Below, piece by piece: positions 25,191 through 37,495 of a DNA stretch of 64,000 nt. The notes under the pieces were generated by a model. The model saw only the letters and a list, made by a program, of their open reading frames with translations. It was not told the origin of the DNA and did no database searches. Source of the DNA: Eledone cirrhosa (taxonomy: Eukaryota); contig OZ024743.1 of NCBI GenBank assembly GCA_964016885.1, forward strand, positions 198,276,001 through 198,340,000. The letters run 5' to 3'. Position numbers and translations under genes: made by a program. The first letter of the stretch is position 1; the number at the start of each line of letters is the position of its first letter.

Positions 25191-26293
25191 ATAACTGTTA
25201 GCTCCTACAAATTTGTTTGCCTCGGCTTCAAACAATTAGGACGACAATGAACAATGTGAGATAAGGGAAGTAGTTAAGATGGCAAGATTTATGAAAGGGA
25301 GTAAGTTATAGACTGCTGAGGAATTTCGGTTAGTTCGATGTGTGATTTTACTGAGACTTCTCTCACACGAAAGGTGTTAATAATCTGGTCATAAATAGTA
25401 TGAGGACAATTTTGACACCAAGATATAGACCATAAACGTAAAATGAAATTAACAATTTTGTCTATTTTTGACTGCCTTAAATGACACGTTGTAATTGTTT
25501 CCCTGAGATATTTGTCACACAAGTGACCTAATATTTTTATTAGGAAATAGTTGGGGACATATAAAACATAACCTACTCTCTATGTCGTTCTAGCTTAAAG
25601 ATTAAAATCTTAACATGTTGGAGCTCATGGGTGTCATCTATTAGCCTCGATGTATTGTCGTTGTTATTGTTTCTTTTTATTATCCGCAAGATGTGGAAGT
25701 CGATATTTGATGAACGGCATTCCGGTGATGACCAACGTAATATTTATGTATGTCCAGGAATGCATTATCCAATGTGCACTTTATTTTAAAACTATCAACG
25801 ACAGGGATTGACCTGAATGAAATTCATCTTCTATTTCTAGCAGGTCAAGTAACACTACAGAAGCTCCCATGTTGGCTTGTTGAGCCTCCCCCCTTTGTTT
25901 AGAGCACAAATACTCAACTATAAATATTTTAGTGTAAATGAAATTTTATACAAATTTAAAAAAATGTGTTCTCGCTTTTTTGTTTTTGTTAGATTATATA
26001 GAGTTAGTTGTATACAAAGTGAACAAACAAAATAATGATAACAAGAAGGATAAGACAAAGAAGAATGTAAAATCGGTTTTATTATCTCCCCAGTCAGCCC
26101 CGAACTACTTAAAACTATTTCTTTCTGCTTACTATTCTCTTGTGTAAACATGTTCTTGGAACATCAATTGGCTAGTAAATGAAATTCGTTAAGCGTTTGT
26201 CAAGAATCAGATGTCTGCAACAAACACAAATTGAATATATTTTATAGCTCCAGTTGATGATGACCTTAATGTATTTCTTTTTCTCTGTTTCAG

Positions 26294-26476
26294 TCTCATT
26301 TTAACATAGCAGATGGACCTCGATCTAATTACGAATGTCGGCAAATATGTCAAAACTACTGTCCTTCCAATTTAGTTGCAATGAAAATAATGACTACTAC
26401 ACACTTCATAGCAGTCTATGTCTATCTATTTGTTACATTGTATTTGATGAACAGTTCTGAAACAAGATGGAAGTGA
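26294..26476 (+). CDS. Candidate terminal coding exon (Cys-rich segment plus hydrophobic C-terminus), unverified
   Basis: Strong acceptor TTTCTTTTTCTCTGTTTCAG| followed by 60 open codons: SHFNIADGPRSNYECRQICQNYCPSNLVAMKIMTTTHFIAVYVYLFVTLYLMNSSETRWK*. No homology recognised. Confidence 0.25.
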   Translation, partial: SHFNIADGPRSNYECRQICQNYCPSNLVAMKIMTTTHFIAVYVYLFVTLYLMNSSETRWK

Positions 26477-26723
26477 CATGCAACAACAATAACAACAACA
26501 AAAACAGCAAAAACAACATCTACTACTACTACTACTACTACTATAGAGAAAAGAAAACATTTTCTATCATCACAGATTCAACAAATATCAACGCCGTTAC
26601 TATGACAGCTACCTTCACCACCAACCCCAATATCATCACCACCACCAATTATATTTGAAAGATGAATATATTGCTGCCATCTCTACTTTATAAGCACTTA
26701 AATATGTGTGTATGAATATATGT

Positions 26724-26776
<53 letters not shown>

Positions 26777-27019
26777 ATAAAAGACTCGACTGGAAAGTCG
26801 GGGAAGCAAAAAGTCAATTTATTCTGTCAGAAATTTAGAATATAATCATGAAGGAGCAAATGATAAACTTTGAAAGTAAATAATGTTGCGTGTTGCCTTA
26901 GAATAATTAAAAGTTCTATCTTAGTTTTTGGTTTAGTGTAATATAATGTATGATATTTTAAGATTTGTAGGAATTTTGTTTTATAAATAACACATGATAT
27001 GTTGGTAAGTTTAAAACAA

Positions 27020-27425
27020 ATGCAATGACTTTTGAAATATTTTCCCGGTTTATGCGCATAAGGAAGTAGGTTTATTGTTTCGATTTTTGGTCGGGAGTAC
27101 ATTATTTCCATTGCTATTGATATCTCTCTCTAGGTAAGGAGAAATTTTAACATATATATAATAAAGTATTATATATCCAGATTTATTAATTTCATTTTCT
27201 TACAATATAATTACGATCCTTCAGAAAGCGTTCTTTCTAAGCTTCGTCTGATGCAAGTTTTATTTTATCACTTTGAAATCAGTGGGCTTTTTGTGTGAGG
27301 GAAAGGTTTATAAAGAAGAATAAAAGATAAATATTTAAAATAAAAGCAACAAATTCCCCAAATCGAAACAATAAACTTACTTCTTTATGCGATCACTCAT
27401 CGGGAAAGCCCACAAAAGCCATGGT
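27020..27425. mobile_element. MITE-like element with imperfect 50-70 bp terminal inverted repeats
   Basis: tttcccgg..cgcataaggaagtaggtttattgtttcgattt (about 27041-27090) versus aaatcgaaacaataaacttacttctttatgcg..cgggaaa (about 27360-27407). Confidence 0.55.
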
Positions 27426-27429
27426 AATC

Positions 27430-27945
27430 TGACAGCTAGCGCAAGTACCCTCACTCAGATATTCTCCTCCAATTTAAAGGCGCATCCTCCGGGTAAGCCC
27501 ATTCTCTCGGACCATGCTTGTATCGACCACCCACCTTTCACCAAACTGGTTGGAAAGTAGCATTTTCCTCTCCATCCTGATTTTTCTCACTTTACGTGAA
27601 ACCTGAAAGGGTAAATCAGGTCTTCGGCAAAGAGGAAAGTGGTTCCCTTCAAATCTTTAGGCACGTCCTCCACACGACCTCTTTCGCCATGGCTACCAGG
27701 CTGACAAAAGCTGCCTGTACTTACCTTGTAAAGGAAGCCGGTGGGGCTAACTTCCCAATGGACTCACTTGATAGCCGGATCCATCACACCTGACAGCGTG
27801 TTTTTGACGTATACCGTCGATGAGTGTGTGCAGGACGGTTTCGTCACCCTGCGCATATCTCGGACAGTCCTGGCTGACGGCACTTCCAACTGGCAAAGCT
27901 CTTTTGTAGTACTGGACTGAAAGTTCTCTGGAGAAGAGTGGCTAG
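27430..27945 (-). mobile_element. Tx1/L1-clade LINE 3' fragment
   Basis: Minus strand encodes CPRYAQGDETVLH..RLSSESIGKLAPPASF..VSLVAMAKEVVWRT..KIRMERKMLLSNQFGERWV, homologous to the ORF2 end at about 20380-20758. Confidence 0.85.
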
Positions 27946-27949
27946 TTGG

Positions 27950-28706
27950 CTTCCGTTTGCATGCACTCCTGGAATGATTCTTCCGGGATTCTCCGCAGTT
28001 CCGTCGTCACGGCCTATTTTGAGGTCGTCCACGTCTTCAAAACGAGTTCCCTCCGGGTCGTACTCGAAGATCCATGACTCATCACCGGTGATGACTGTCC
28101 CTAGCAAGTTTGGTTCGGTTTCAAGACGCTCGAGGATGTCCTGGCACACTTGCATGCGTCGACCCTTCTGGTCATCGTTCACCAGTTTTGGCACCATCTT
28201 CGCGTAGACTTTCTGCATGTCCAAATCTTCAGTGAGAATCTTCCAGACGCCGTCCCGATTCATGCCCAGCTCATTTGCCATCAGTTGAACAGTCAGCCGA
28301 CGATCGCTACGCACCATCTGCCTGACGCGCCCACCGTTGACCTCAGTCCTGGTTGTTGATGGCATTCCGCTCCTGGGGTCATCTTGCACCACTCAAAAAC
28401 ACGTGAGCGTGACATCGTCTCATCTCCATACACTTGCTGCAGCAATCCCAGTGCTTCTGACGGAGTTTTCCCCAACCGTACCAGAAACTTCAAGTTTGTT
28501 CGTTGTTCTGTGCTCATTGCTTGGCGACCTGAAACAGAGGACATGTATATAAAATTATGAAGAAAAAAGCTTGATCGCTGCAGAGAGGTAAGATTGCAGT
28601 TAATACTCCAGGGGGATTACTTTGAAGGAGAACACTCCTAGTGTGAAGTTTGGGTTTGAAATAAATCTTTGTGACATCAGTTCTGGAACTTTTCTGACAC
28701 ACCTCG
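27950..28706 (-). mobile_element. Mariner (Tc1/mariner) DNA transposon, internally deleted and 3'-truncated
   Basis: [37 protein letters not shown] (HTH), DDPRSGMP, MVPKL (WVPHEL-like), ITGDESWIFEYDPE (first catalytic D), then a jump to GTRFEDVDDLK. The end reads TA-CGAGGTGTGTCAGAAAAGTT. Confidence 0.92.
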
Positions 28707-28840
<134 letters not shown>

Positions 28841-28841
28841 T

Positions 28842-29033
28842 ATATTGTTATACTTGGGGAGGGTCATATTTGCGTAATATTGCCAGAATTAATAACAGAA
28901 CACACTCACCGAGTAAGTTAGATCGCAGATATAAAAGACAGCGAGAAGCGAAAACCAACCAAACAGTGAGTGTGTTCTGTTATTAATTCTGGCAATATTA
29001 CGCAAATATGACCCTCCCCAAGTATAACAATAT
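28842..29033. repeat. Perfect 68-bp inverted repeat with a 56-bp spacer
   Basis: 28842-28909 is the exact reverse complement of 28966-29033; begins inside a (TA)n tract. Confidence 0.93.
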
Positions 29034-29103
29034 CTGTTTCGACACACGATTTCATATAAAAAAAAAAAAAACCTCGCTAAACTAATTCATCGCCGCTATA
29101 AAT

Positions 29104-29136
<33 letters not shown>

Positions 29137-29275
29137 CATACACATACGTACACATAAACGTGCATATACATACACATGCCCATCAATCTATCCATTTCTC
29201 TCTTTCTTTCTCTTTCTCTCCCACTCTCTCTCACTCTCTTTCTCGCTCACTCTCTCTCTCTATATATATATATAT

Positions 29276-29332
<57 letters not shown>

Positions 29333-29876
29333 CGCGCGCGCGCGTGTGTGTGTATATAAATATAAAGAATGAAGGGGGTGCAAAATTTTGCTAATTGACT
29401 TTATAACTAGCTTACACATATCGTCAAATAGACAGATATTTTAATTATATTCATTAGAAGAATCTTCCGTATAGAAGATGAGTTGTGACTGTTCACGAAG
29501 TTTCTACTGTATTTGAGATTTCATTTTCTGTTTTGTTGGAGTATTCGTTTTCATTGTTTTTATTTTTTTACAATTTAATCATCCACATACTAACAATAAA
29601 TTTTGTTGTTTTTCTCAAAGTAATTATATTCTTTTAATATTTGATTCTTGTATTGACTTCAGTCATTAGACTGCGACCATACTAGGACAACACCTTAGTT
29701 TAGTCGGTGATATCGACCTCAATACAAATTTCCTTCGAGTATGACGATCGGTTTCGTTTTCATTGAAAATCTAAATTTCTGGATAATAAGGCAATTATAC
29801 AAACGTAAACACATCCATAAACACACATTTACAAGCACATACACGCACACACACAAACACACACAAATACACACAC

Positions 29877-29950
<74 letters not shown>

Positions 29951-30344
29951 TGTGTGCGTGCGTGTAAAGTCCACCTGTGGTAACGATTGACCGTGAAATA
30001 TGCACCTAGAATGTCCTCTGCGTTGTTTGTGGAAGAACAGCAATCGTCTCATATATAGACTTATATATATATATACTTATATATATACATATATATATAA
30101 TTATATATTTTTCAATCACATATATTTTTATTTGTTTGACCCGAATTACTTGATCGTTTTCTTGGTTGTGCGGATGATTTTTAACCATCGTCTCAGTGTG
30201 TTTGGCCTTTAACGTATGTTGTGGCTCTGGTTCTTCCGAACCATTGAGCACTTGCCACACATCTCGGAGGTTGTTTTTCGTTATTTCATAGGCCGAAATA
30301 CGATTCCCGATAATTTATCTTTATATATATATATATATATATAT

Positions 30345-31059
30345 AAATATATTACACCGAGAGAAGTGTGTTATACAGTGAGATGCGTGTAACGAATTAT
30401 TACATGTGAGTTTAACCGTTACTGTATGGAGAACAATACCTACAGGTTAGCAATTAAATAGAAAAAAACTAAGTCAGAATCAAATTTCTGAAGTAGAGTT
30501 TTAAATTACTAACCTTATAACTATAAGCTTGCTGATACGAATTTAGTTCGTTTCGCCACAGAAATGTGCAGTGTAACAGCTGATAGGTTCCTCAGTCAGC
30601 AAGTATGGGTGTTGTTCACGACACATCTAGCCTAATGGATAGAGAGAAAGCTAATATACACGCTGCCCAGAGTAGGGCGAAATCACGTGTTATTTGCATC
30701 AAATAACGGCTCTCATGAATTGGGGAAAATGCTAGAGAGAGCAGCCCAACCATTCGAATTTATTAGCTCAACAATCTGGAGCTCGTTAAATATACAAAGA
30801 TCGGAATTAAAGTATTCCGCAGTTCACAGTAATAATAATATTAGCTCGAAGAAGAACAGAGAATTTCCATCTGAGCTCAAATACAAATATATTACACAGA
30901 GAGAAGTGTGTTACACAGTGAGATGTGTGTAAAGAATTATTACATGTGAGTTTAACCGTTACTGTATGGAGAACAATCCCTACAGGTTAGCAATTAAATT
31001 GAAAAAAACTAAGTCGGAATCAAATCTCTGAAGTAGAGTTTTAAATTACTAACCTTATA
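30345..31059 (-). mobile_element. Non-coding retrozyme/pLTR-like element: 540-bp unit with about 175-bp terminal direct repeats and a hammerhead ribozyme
   Basis: Direct repeats at 30345-30519 and 30885-31059 (period 540), hammerhead at 30528-30603 on the minus strand, (TA)n on both flanks, no credible ORF. Confidence 0.7.
30528..30603 (-). ncRNA. Type I hammerhead ribozyme
   Basis: Minus strand: CTTGCTGA-CTGAGGA-ACC-(28 nt)-GGC-GAAA-CGAA-CTAAA-TTCG-TA-TCAGCAAG. 8-bp stem I, 4-bp stem III, GUA triplet; A-C mismatch at the base of stem II. Confidence 0.85.
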
Positions 31060-31124
31060 TATATATATATCTTCCACGGGCGCCTGTAATTTTATCTAAG
31101 GAATTCCAATTACAATACGTTGGT

Positions 31125-31228
31125 GTCACCGAAGCTATTGCAGATAGCACTTGCCCATGCAGCAGGACTTGGCCCACAACCATGTGGTTAGGAAGGAACC
31201 TCTTTAATTACACAACTATGCTTCTGCA
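31125..31228 (-). mobile_element. Second tRNA-derived SINE family, degenerate 5' part (related piece at about 9970-10030)
   Basis: Minus strand GCAGAAGCATAGTTGTGTAATTAAAGAGGTTCCTTCCTAACCACATGGTT..GGGCAAGTG resembles a tRNA-like SINE head followed by GGGCAAG. Confidence 0.5.
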
Positions 31229-33804
31229 TAATATTTATTCTCATTAATAGAAACAACGTGTATTTATTAACATTTTTTTTCTCTAGGAATAAAATATTTA
31301 GAAACTTAGTAAATTTACGGGAATCAAATAAATCACCTATAAAGATATTCGGTAAAATGTATTAGAACCGAAATCAATTCACTAGTTAGGAATATAGATT
31401 ACATCTGTAAACAGATACGTCTTTTTGCATCCGAAGTTTATAACGTTCATCCTATTTCTACAGTTACCTTATCTTTACAATAAATGATTCATTTAATCGA
31501 TAGAATCACCTTTGCAATTAATAAAATCGTTAGAATCTTGCTTTGATAGATTATACATCTCTACATAGCAGAATATGGAGTTCAAGATCAGCTCTAATAT
31601 AATCTAAATCATCGATTTCTTCCAATATTTCCAGACGTTATTGCGTTTAATCGGAAGGGAAAAAAACCCAATAAAATTAAGTAAATAAAGTTATCCTTTG
31701 TGTAATGATTTGAGGGGGCTCAACTATAATTAGGAGGAACGGATGGATCATATGAAATAGAAATATAGTAGTGTTTTATATATATAATATAGTCGTCTTT
31801 AAATCTTCGATTAACTAAGTCTTTGATTCGATCAACTACGGCTTAGGCTCTAAGATTATCCAAACCTCTTTTTCGAGGGTGGGGCGAAAATCTGAAAACA
31901 ATATGAAGATTAATTTATGTTAATCACTGAATTTGAATTTCTATTGAGCTCTAAATATAGTTAACTTCTAAGAGGTTAAATGAAACAATATATCACAGCC
32001 TATCAACACTTCATATTCTATAATTTTCTCAGGCTTCTGATGTTGGGACATTATAAGAACTGAGGTTCCACTCAGCTCAATCAATGCTGCTATTTTGCAG
32101 TGGTCTAAAACTATAGTATTTATGTTGAAAAGATTAGTTAAAGCTGTGGTTACATGATTTAATGGTTGTTTGTTCTTTCGTTATATCTCGCTAAACGTTA
32201 CAACTGTATTTTTTGTCTCATTAAAATATAAATTTGCTCCTGATGAAGCGTTAAGACGAATTATGTTTTTAGCATCTGTTAAGATGAACAGATACATTAC
32301 TTTTGAAATGAGGTACCATGATGGAAGTCATTCCATGTGACAACTGTTATTGTTAAGTTGGGCAATTGGCAGGCCGAAAGTGCCATCAGAAATAATACAT
32401 TTTTGATAATTAGACGACTGTTAAAACAAAATTCAAAAAAATAAAATTAAATGATAAACAAATTAGAAAATAAATCTTAATATAAAAAAAATCAAACAAA
32501 CAAAATCTCAGAGAGGAATGCAAAATTTAAAACACTTTCCCAGTAAAAAAAAAAGCACTAGCTATTTGTATTTGTAAGATTATTATCTGAAATCTTATGA
32601 CGTAAGTAACCACAAAAGAGCTTCTAGATTATCTGTATTTGATGGTAAATAAAACAGGCTTCTTCTAAAGGCAGCCTAGTCAAGATTTCACAGCAGTGTG
32701 AATGAACACTTCTATCACTGTTTGTAATTCTGAGTGAAACATTACTACAGTAATACTGGGCATGAATAAACTAAAATCTTTCACAAAAGTGAGTTTTGTT
32801 TGTAAACCATGCCCCATCTTTTGACAACGGCTACTGTTTTCATTTCGAAATAAATTTTGAAATGAATAACATGTTATATAAACAAACATTTCGAAAAATA
32901 AATACATTTTAGTATAATTCGTTTACAGTTCTTCATTCTCGAAATAATTTAATAGAAATTAAATAATAAAAGAAAAATAAATCTATAAATAATCAAATAA
33001 GAATAGTTTTCATTAAACATGAACGTGTGCAATCTTTTTTCCTCACTTCTTGCTGTGCTTGTTTAAGTTTATAACTTATGTGTTATTTCATTATATTTTA
33101 AGATGTTTCCTTTTATAATATTTGCTCTACATTTGAACAAGGTTGCAATGAGATACGTATGAATGTATATATGACCGTCAAAGGTGGGCTGAAAGACAAA
33201 TGACTTCGCAGTAATAAGAATTGAGTCGGAGAGAGATGAGACCCGGACACTGTACCGATTCTATTAATCTACCACAGTTAAGTATTTGAAAGAATTAAAT
33301 ATAGTATCAACCATTGTTGGAACATTTAATTCGTCACTCGGTTTAGCACTTACATATTCCTTGGGTGGTTTTAGTGGAGTTCACCTTGTTACAAGATTGT
33401 CAGTCACGTCTTAGGTAGGAGCAGAATGACGTTTAAGGTCCTGGAACTGGTCGCAGGCTCTGCGCATAGTTCCCTGAACTAAACTAACAAAACAAAACCT
33501 TTTATTTCTGTATTATATATAGATTATATTGGTGGAACTACACCGTGAAATACCCGTGATAATTTGTATAGTACACTTCTATTAGAGAATACAATCCATA
33601 TTATAGGTTAATAACTAGAAGATTGTTACTATACCTGTACTAATATATATTATATGTTATTCATGTGAAAATTACAATGTGTGAAATGAGATAATGAGAC
33701 AGGTGTTAATATACCATAAAGTTATTAAATGATACCCGGTCACCATTATATTGTATGTATTATATTTTGATTAAACTATTCGGCAGTTATTAACAGATAT
33801 ACTT

Positions 33805-33910
33805 GTTTCTAATTTTGGCACAAGGCCAGCAATTACCCAGTACATTACTGGTACTTTATTTTATCGACCCCATAAGGATGAAAGGCAAAGTTAACCTCGA
33901 CGGGATTTGA
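33805..33910 (-). mobile_element. tRNA-derived SINE, 5'-truncated
   Basis: ggcacaaggccagcaattacccagt..ttatcgaccccataaggatgaaaggcaaagttaacctcg. Confidence 0.85.
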
Positions 33911-34249
33911 CAGATATAATGATTTCCAGAATTCTCATTATAACCTATCAAGACTGTAGCTATTTCAAAGATCTCAGTACCTATGTATTAAAAAGTAGTA
34001 AAAGTAGTACTATTTAAATATAGTACAAGTAAATCTATTACATGCGACGTTTATATATCTACAAAACGTAAACAGAAGTAACAAAACAAACAATAGACTA
34101 CACTTGATATAGTAGGAAACGTGTCTTAAAGATTTGGACACTATTCCTTCACTAGAAGATAGAATGAGAAATAAAAGATGAAATAGAATGATAGACAGAG
34201 AGAGAATAGGAAGGGACAACTTATATTCTCTTATTCTACATATCTTCAG

Positions 34250-34380
34250 TTGAATGTTCATTTTACCTTGTCTCACCAGGATCGATAAAATATAATACCA
34301 GTAACGCACTGGGGTCGATTCAATCAACTTCCCCCCTCCTTCCCAAAATTGCTGGCCTTGTGCCTAAATCAGAAACCATT
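34250..34380 (+). mobile_element. tRNA-derived SINE 3' part (long form)
   Basis: gatcgataaaatataataccagtaacgcactggggtcgatt..gctggccttgtgcctaaatcagaaac. Confidence 0.8.
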
Positions 34381-35313
34381 ACTATGAGTATCTAGATCAT
34401 TAAGAACTTCAATTCAATGTAAGTTTATATATGTTCGTATTTTATCAACATGTTTGTATGATATATTAAATTTCATTTGAAACATATAACGTATTTTTGA
34501 ATTTTCTTTTTATGTGTTTATGGTATGAAATATTAGCGAGGAATGCTAACATCTTTAGTTTTATGCTACTTTAAATATGGCAGAGTAATTTATGGAAGTG
34601 TAATTAGAAGGCGGTTCGCCATTTATATATTGCTTCCGGTGATATTGTCTCACTTTTTTAACAGCGATTTTCATTTCCGTTTCTTTCACATTACTTCCGG
34701 TTGTAGATTTGTTTTCTATTATTTAGCCAGCGTTTCTGTTTTTAAAAGCTTCAAATCCAATTTATTTCCGATCTTTCTGCAAATAAAAAAATAAAAAAAT
34801 GAACATAGAAATAATATAAAAAATATATATTCCAGTTAATTTTACACACGTGCTGGCAAAAAGAATTTAAGAAAAATATTTCCTAGTTAACTACCACGAG
34901 AATAAAACGTTTGTCTTTTAATAGATTATCATAAGGCATGTGTCACTGGAAGGAAAAAGAGAAGGAGATATAGAAGTATAAAAGAGAGCTATTTGTTTGT
35001 TTGTTTCTAATACCGTAGTTTATGTGCCCCAAACATTGTTTATTCCAGAGGATGATAGAACGATGGAATGGCGTCGACATGTTACAAATTGCATCTTTTG
35101 TGACACGAGGTCACGGATACCTTTAAATACATATGATTTCATTTACTGAGTTTCATATGAAAGTGGGACAAACAAACAGTGTGTATGTGTGTGTGTAAGC
35201 GACAGAGAGAGAGGGATCTTCAATTATAATTAGAGAATAACAATACCGTATTAATTATGCTTCTTAATACACGCTCCCAAATAACTACAAGCTTAAATAT
35301 ATATATTTATATA

Positions 35314-36635
35314 TAATAGCAGAGATACCCGGCGTTGCTCGGGTATTAAATATCAGTCATGTATAGCATTCATGTCAATACTTCAGTGCTGCTTCGAAAG
35401 CTATACTTGTACAAAATCATCGGCTTTTTCCAAAAGAGGGTTCCTTCCTCCAGGGGTCCCCTACTTAATATGTGCCAATATGTCAAGTTTGGTGAAAATC
35501 GGTTGCGAACTCCAGATGTTATGACGTTTTGTTGCATTGCACTGCAGTGGTTCAGTCGACTCCAAGGAAGCGGTTAAAAGGGGTTATCTGACCCCGGGGG
35601 GCCCTATAATCAATATATGAAGAAATGAAAGTGCCCATGACCATCCGGAGCACATAAGTAACCTTGCAGCCTACATTGACGATTCATTTGCTTTTCTTCT
35701 TTTCCCTCTTTCGGCTTTCGCCGTTTTTCGACCAATATCGGATCCCTTCCTTGGAGGCATTGGCAGTATCGGTAGAGGGTCGGACGCAATGCTTTCCAGC
35801 ATAGTTACGTCCCTTTACGATCTGAGTTCAAATCCCGCCGAGGTTGACTTTGCCTTTCATCCTTACGGGGTCGATAAAATAAAGTACCAGTAATGCACTG
35901 GGTATTTGCTGGCCTTGTGCCTAAATTAGAAACAATTATCTAAGGAAAGAAGTCGTATCACATTAAGATGAGTAAAATGTTAACCAACAATTATTTAAGT
36001 GATTGTCACGGTGATCCAGAGACAGCCTTCGTCCACCTAGGGGTCGCAGTAGACAAAAACAGTACGTCTTGTGTGAAAAAGAGAGAAAGAGACGTAAGGT
36101 TGAGGAAGGGGAAGAGTTAAACAGTGTGTAAAGAATAAATAAATAAAAGTTAAAGTTATCGAACGCTGCTATCATTTCTCCCCTCCCCAATCACCCTCAC
36201 TCTCTTTCTTTCTTTCTCACCCCCCCTCTCTTTTCTCATATCCTCTCCCTCTTTCTCTCTCTCTCTTTCTCTACAGAATGGAGAACAATCAAGAACACGC
36301 ATTGTCGTCTGCTTTGATTGAAATTTCTGTATGTATATTTCTAATAAGCTGTTCCCTCGTGTTGGAGGACTGAATTGTGGGAGGAGAAAGTGGAGTAGTG
36401 GGTTTAACATACAGTAATAGTATCTACTCTTCCCCCTCTCTCACTGAAACGTCTTCTCTTTCCTTCTCTATTGTAAAGATGTCCCCAGGGGTTCCATTAT
36501 TGATTTTTATTGAAATCCAATTAACCAGTCCTGTTTCTTATGTGTGTAAAGTTTCATAAGGATCGGATCACTGGTGTAAGCGCCAACTGGTTATACACAT
36601 ATACACAGACACAAATTGCCATTTATGTAGTAGAT
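35314..36635 (+). mobile_element. Probable non-autonomous Helitron/Helentron-type element interrupted by a SINE
   Basis: Begins TAGCAGAGATACCCGGCGTTGCTCGGGTA (subterminal hairpin), has internal AAGTTTGGTGAAAATCGG and AAGTTTCATAAGGATCGG motifs, and ends with an ACAC/ACAG tract plus ATTTATGTAGTAGAT. This layout recalls invertebrate non-autonomous Helitron families. Confidence 0.5.
35755..35937 (+). mobile_element. tRNA-derived SINE (short form), complete
   Basis: A box TGGCAGTATCGG (35761), B box GAGTTCAAATCC (35824), core GCCTTTCATCCTTACGGGGTCGATAAAATAAAGTACCAG, tail GGCCTTGTGCCTAAATTAGAAACAATTAT. Confidence 0.92.
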
Positions 36636-36637
36636 AT

Positions 36638-36697
<60 letters not shown>

Positions 36698-36709
36698 GAA
36701 GGGGGGGGG

Positions 36710-36834
36710 GGAGTCTGCGGTGGTGAGATGGAAGAGACGACTAGTATTGTGAGTACTCGATACAAGGTGAGACTTAGGGTGGGTATAGAGATAGGTAAAA
36801 TCCCTACTGCTTGAGGCTGTGGTCGAGATTTTAC

Positions 36835-36838
<4 letters not shown>
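36710..36838 (+). repeat. Short interspersed repeat with terminal hairpin (copy 2 of 3)
   Basis: GAGTCTGCGGTGGTGAGA..GTGGGTATAGAGATAGGTAAAATC..GATTTTACCT, between (GA)n and (CT)n. Confidence 0.65.
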
Positions 36839-36931
<93 letters not shown>

Positions 36932-37351
36932 TAAATAAAATGATAGAGAGTGAGAAGAGGAAGGGCGGAAAAGACTTTTGGAAAAAAACATGTGTGTATT
37001 CAGTCAACTATATACATAAGTATATAAACTATATAGTACAATAGCTGCAATAATTGGTGTAGGGTACTGCTTCGACGGCAGAGTTGGATTATAGTTTTGA
37101 AGGATGTGTGAGGTTTTTACATTTCCTTGGGCGGTATGACTGTTGAGTGGCGTCAAATATAGGTTTATAGATTACGCTTGCTTGGGTTCGAGTTGGTTAT
37201 TTGTATATGTATTCTTGTTCAAGACAAAGTAACTGACGGACGTAGACACACAAACCAGCGCATACATAGACACACACTCACACATACATAATACATACAC
37301 ACACGCATATATACTGTATATATATATATATCTTGAGCGAGAGAGAGAGAA

Positions 37352-37495
37352 AGAGTCTGTGGTGCTGAGACAGGGGAGATAACTAATCATTGGAGTACAC
37401 AATAACTGGGAAGATGCAGAGTGGGTATAAAGACATGTAAAATCCCAACCATGGCGCCAAGTGGTTTTTGGCGCAACGGTTAGAATTTTACATAT
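37352..37495 (+). repeat. Short interspersed repeat with terminal hairpin (copy 3 of 3)
   Basis: GAGTCTGTGGTGCTGAGA..GGAGATAACTAATCAT..GTGGGTATAAAGACATGTAAAAT..ATTTTACAT. Confidence 0.65.

Noticed and set aside
32236-32265. CTGATGA followed by a small CGTT/GACG stem
   Set aside because: No GAAA and no stem I or III; not a supportable hammerhead.
35755-35840. tRNA gene (A and B boxes)
   Set aside because: It is the tRNA-derived head of a multi-copy SINE; no complete cloverleaf is visible.
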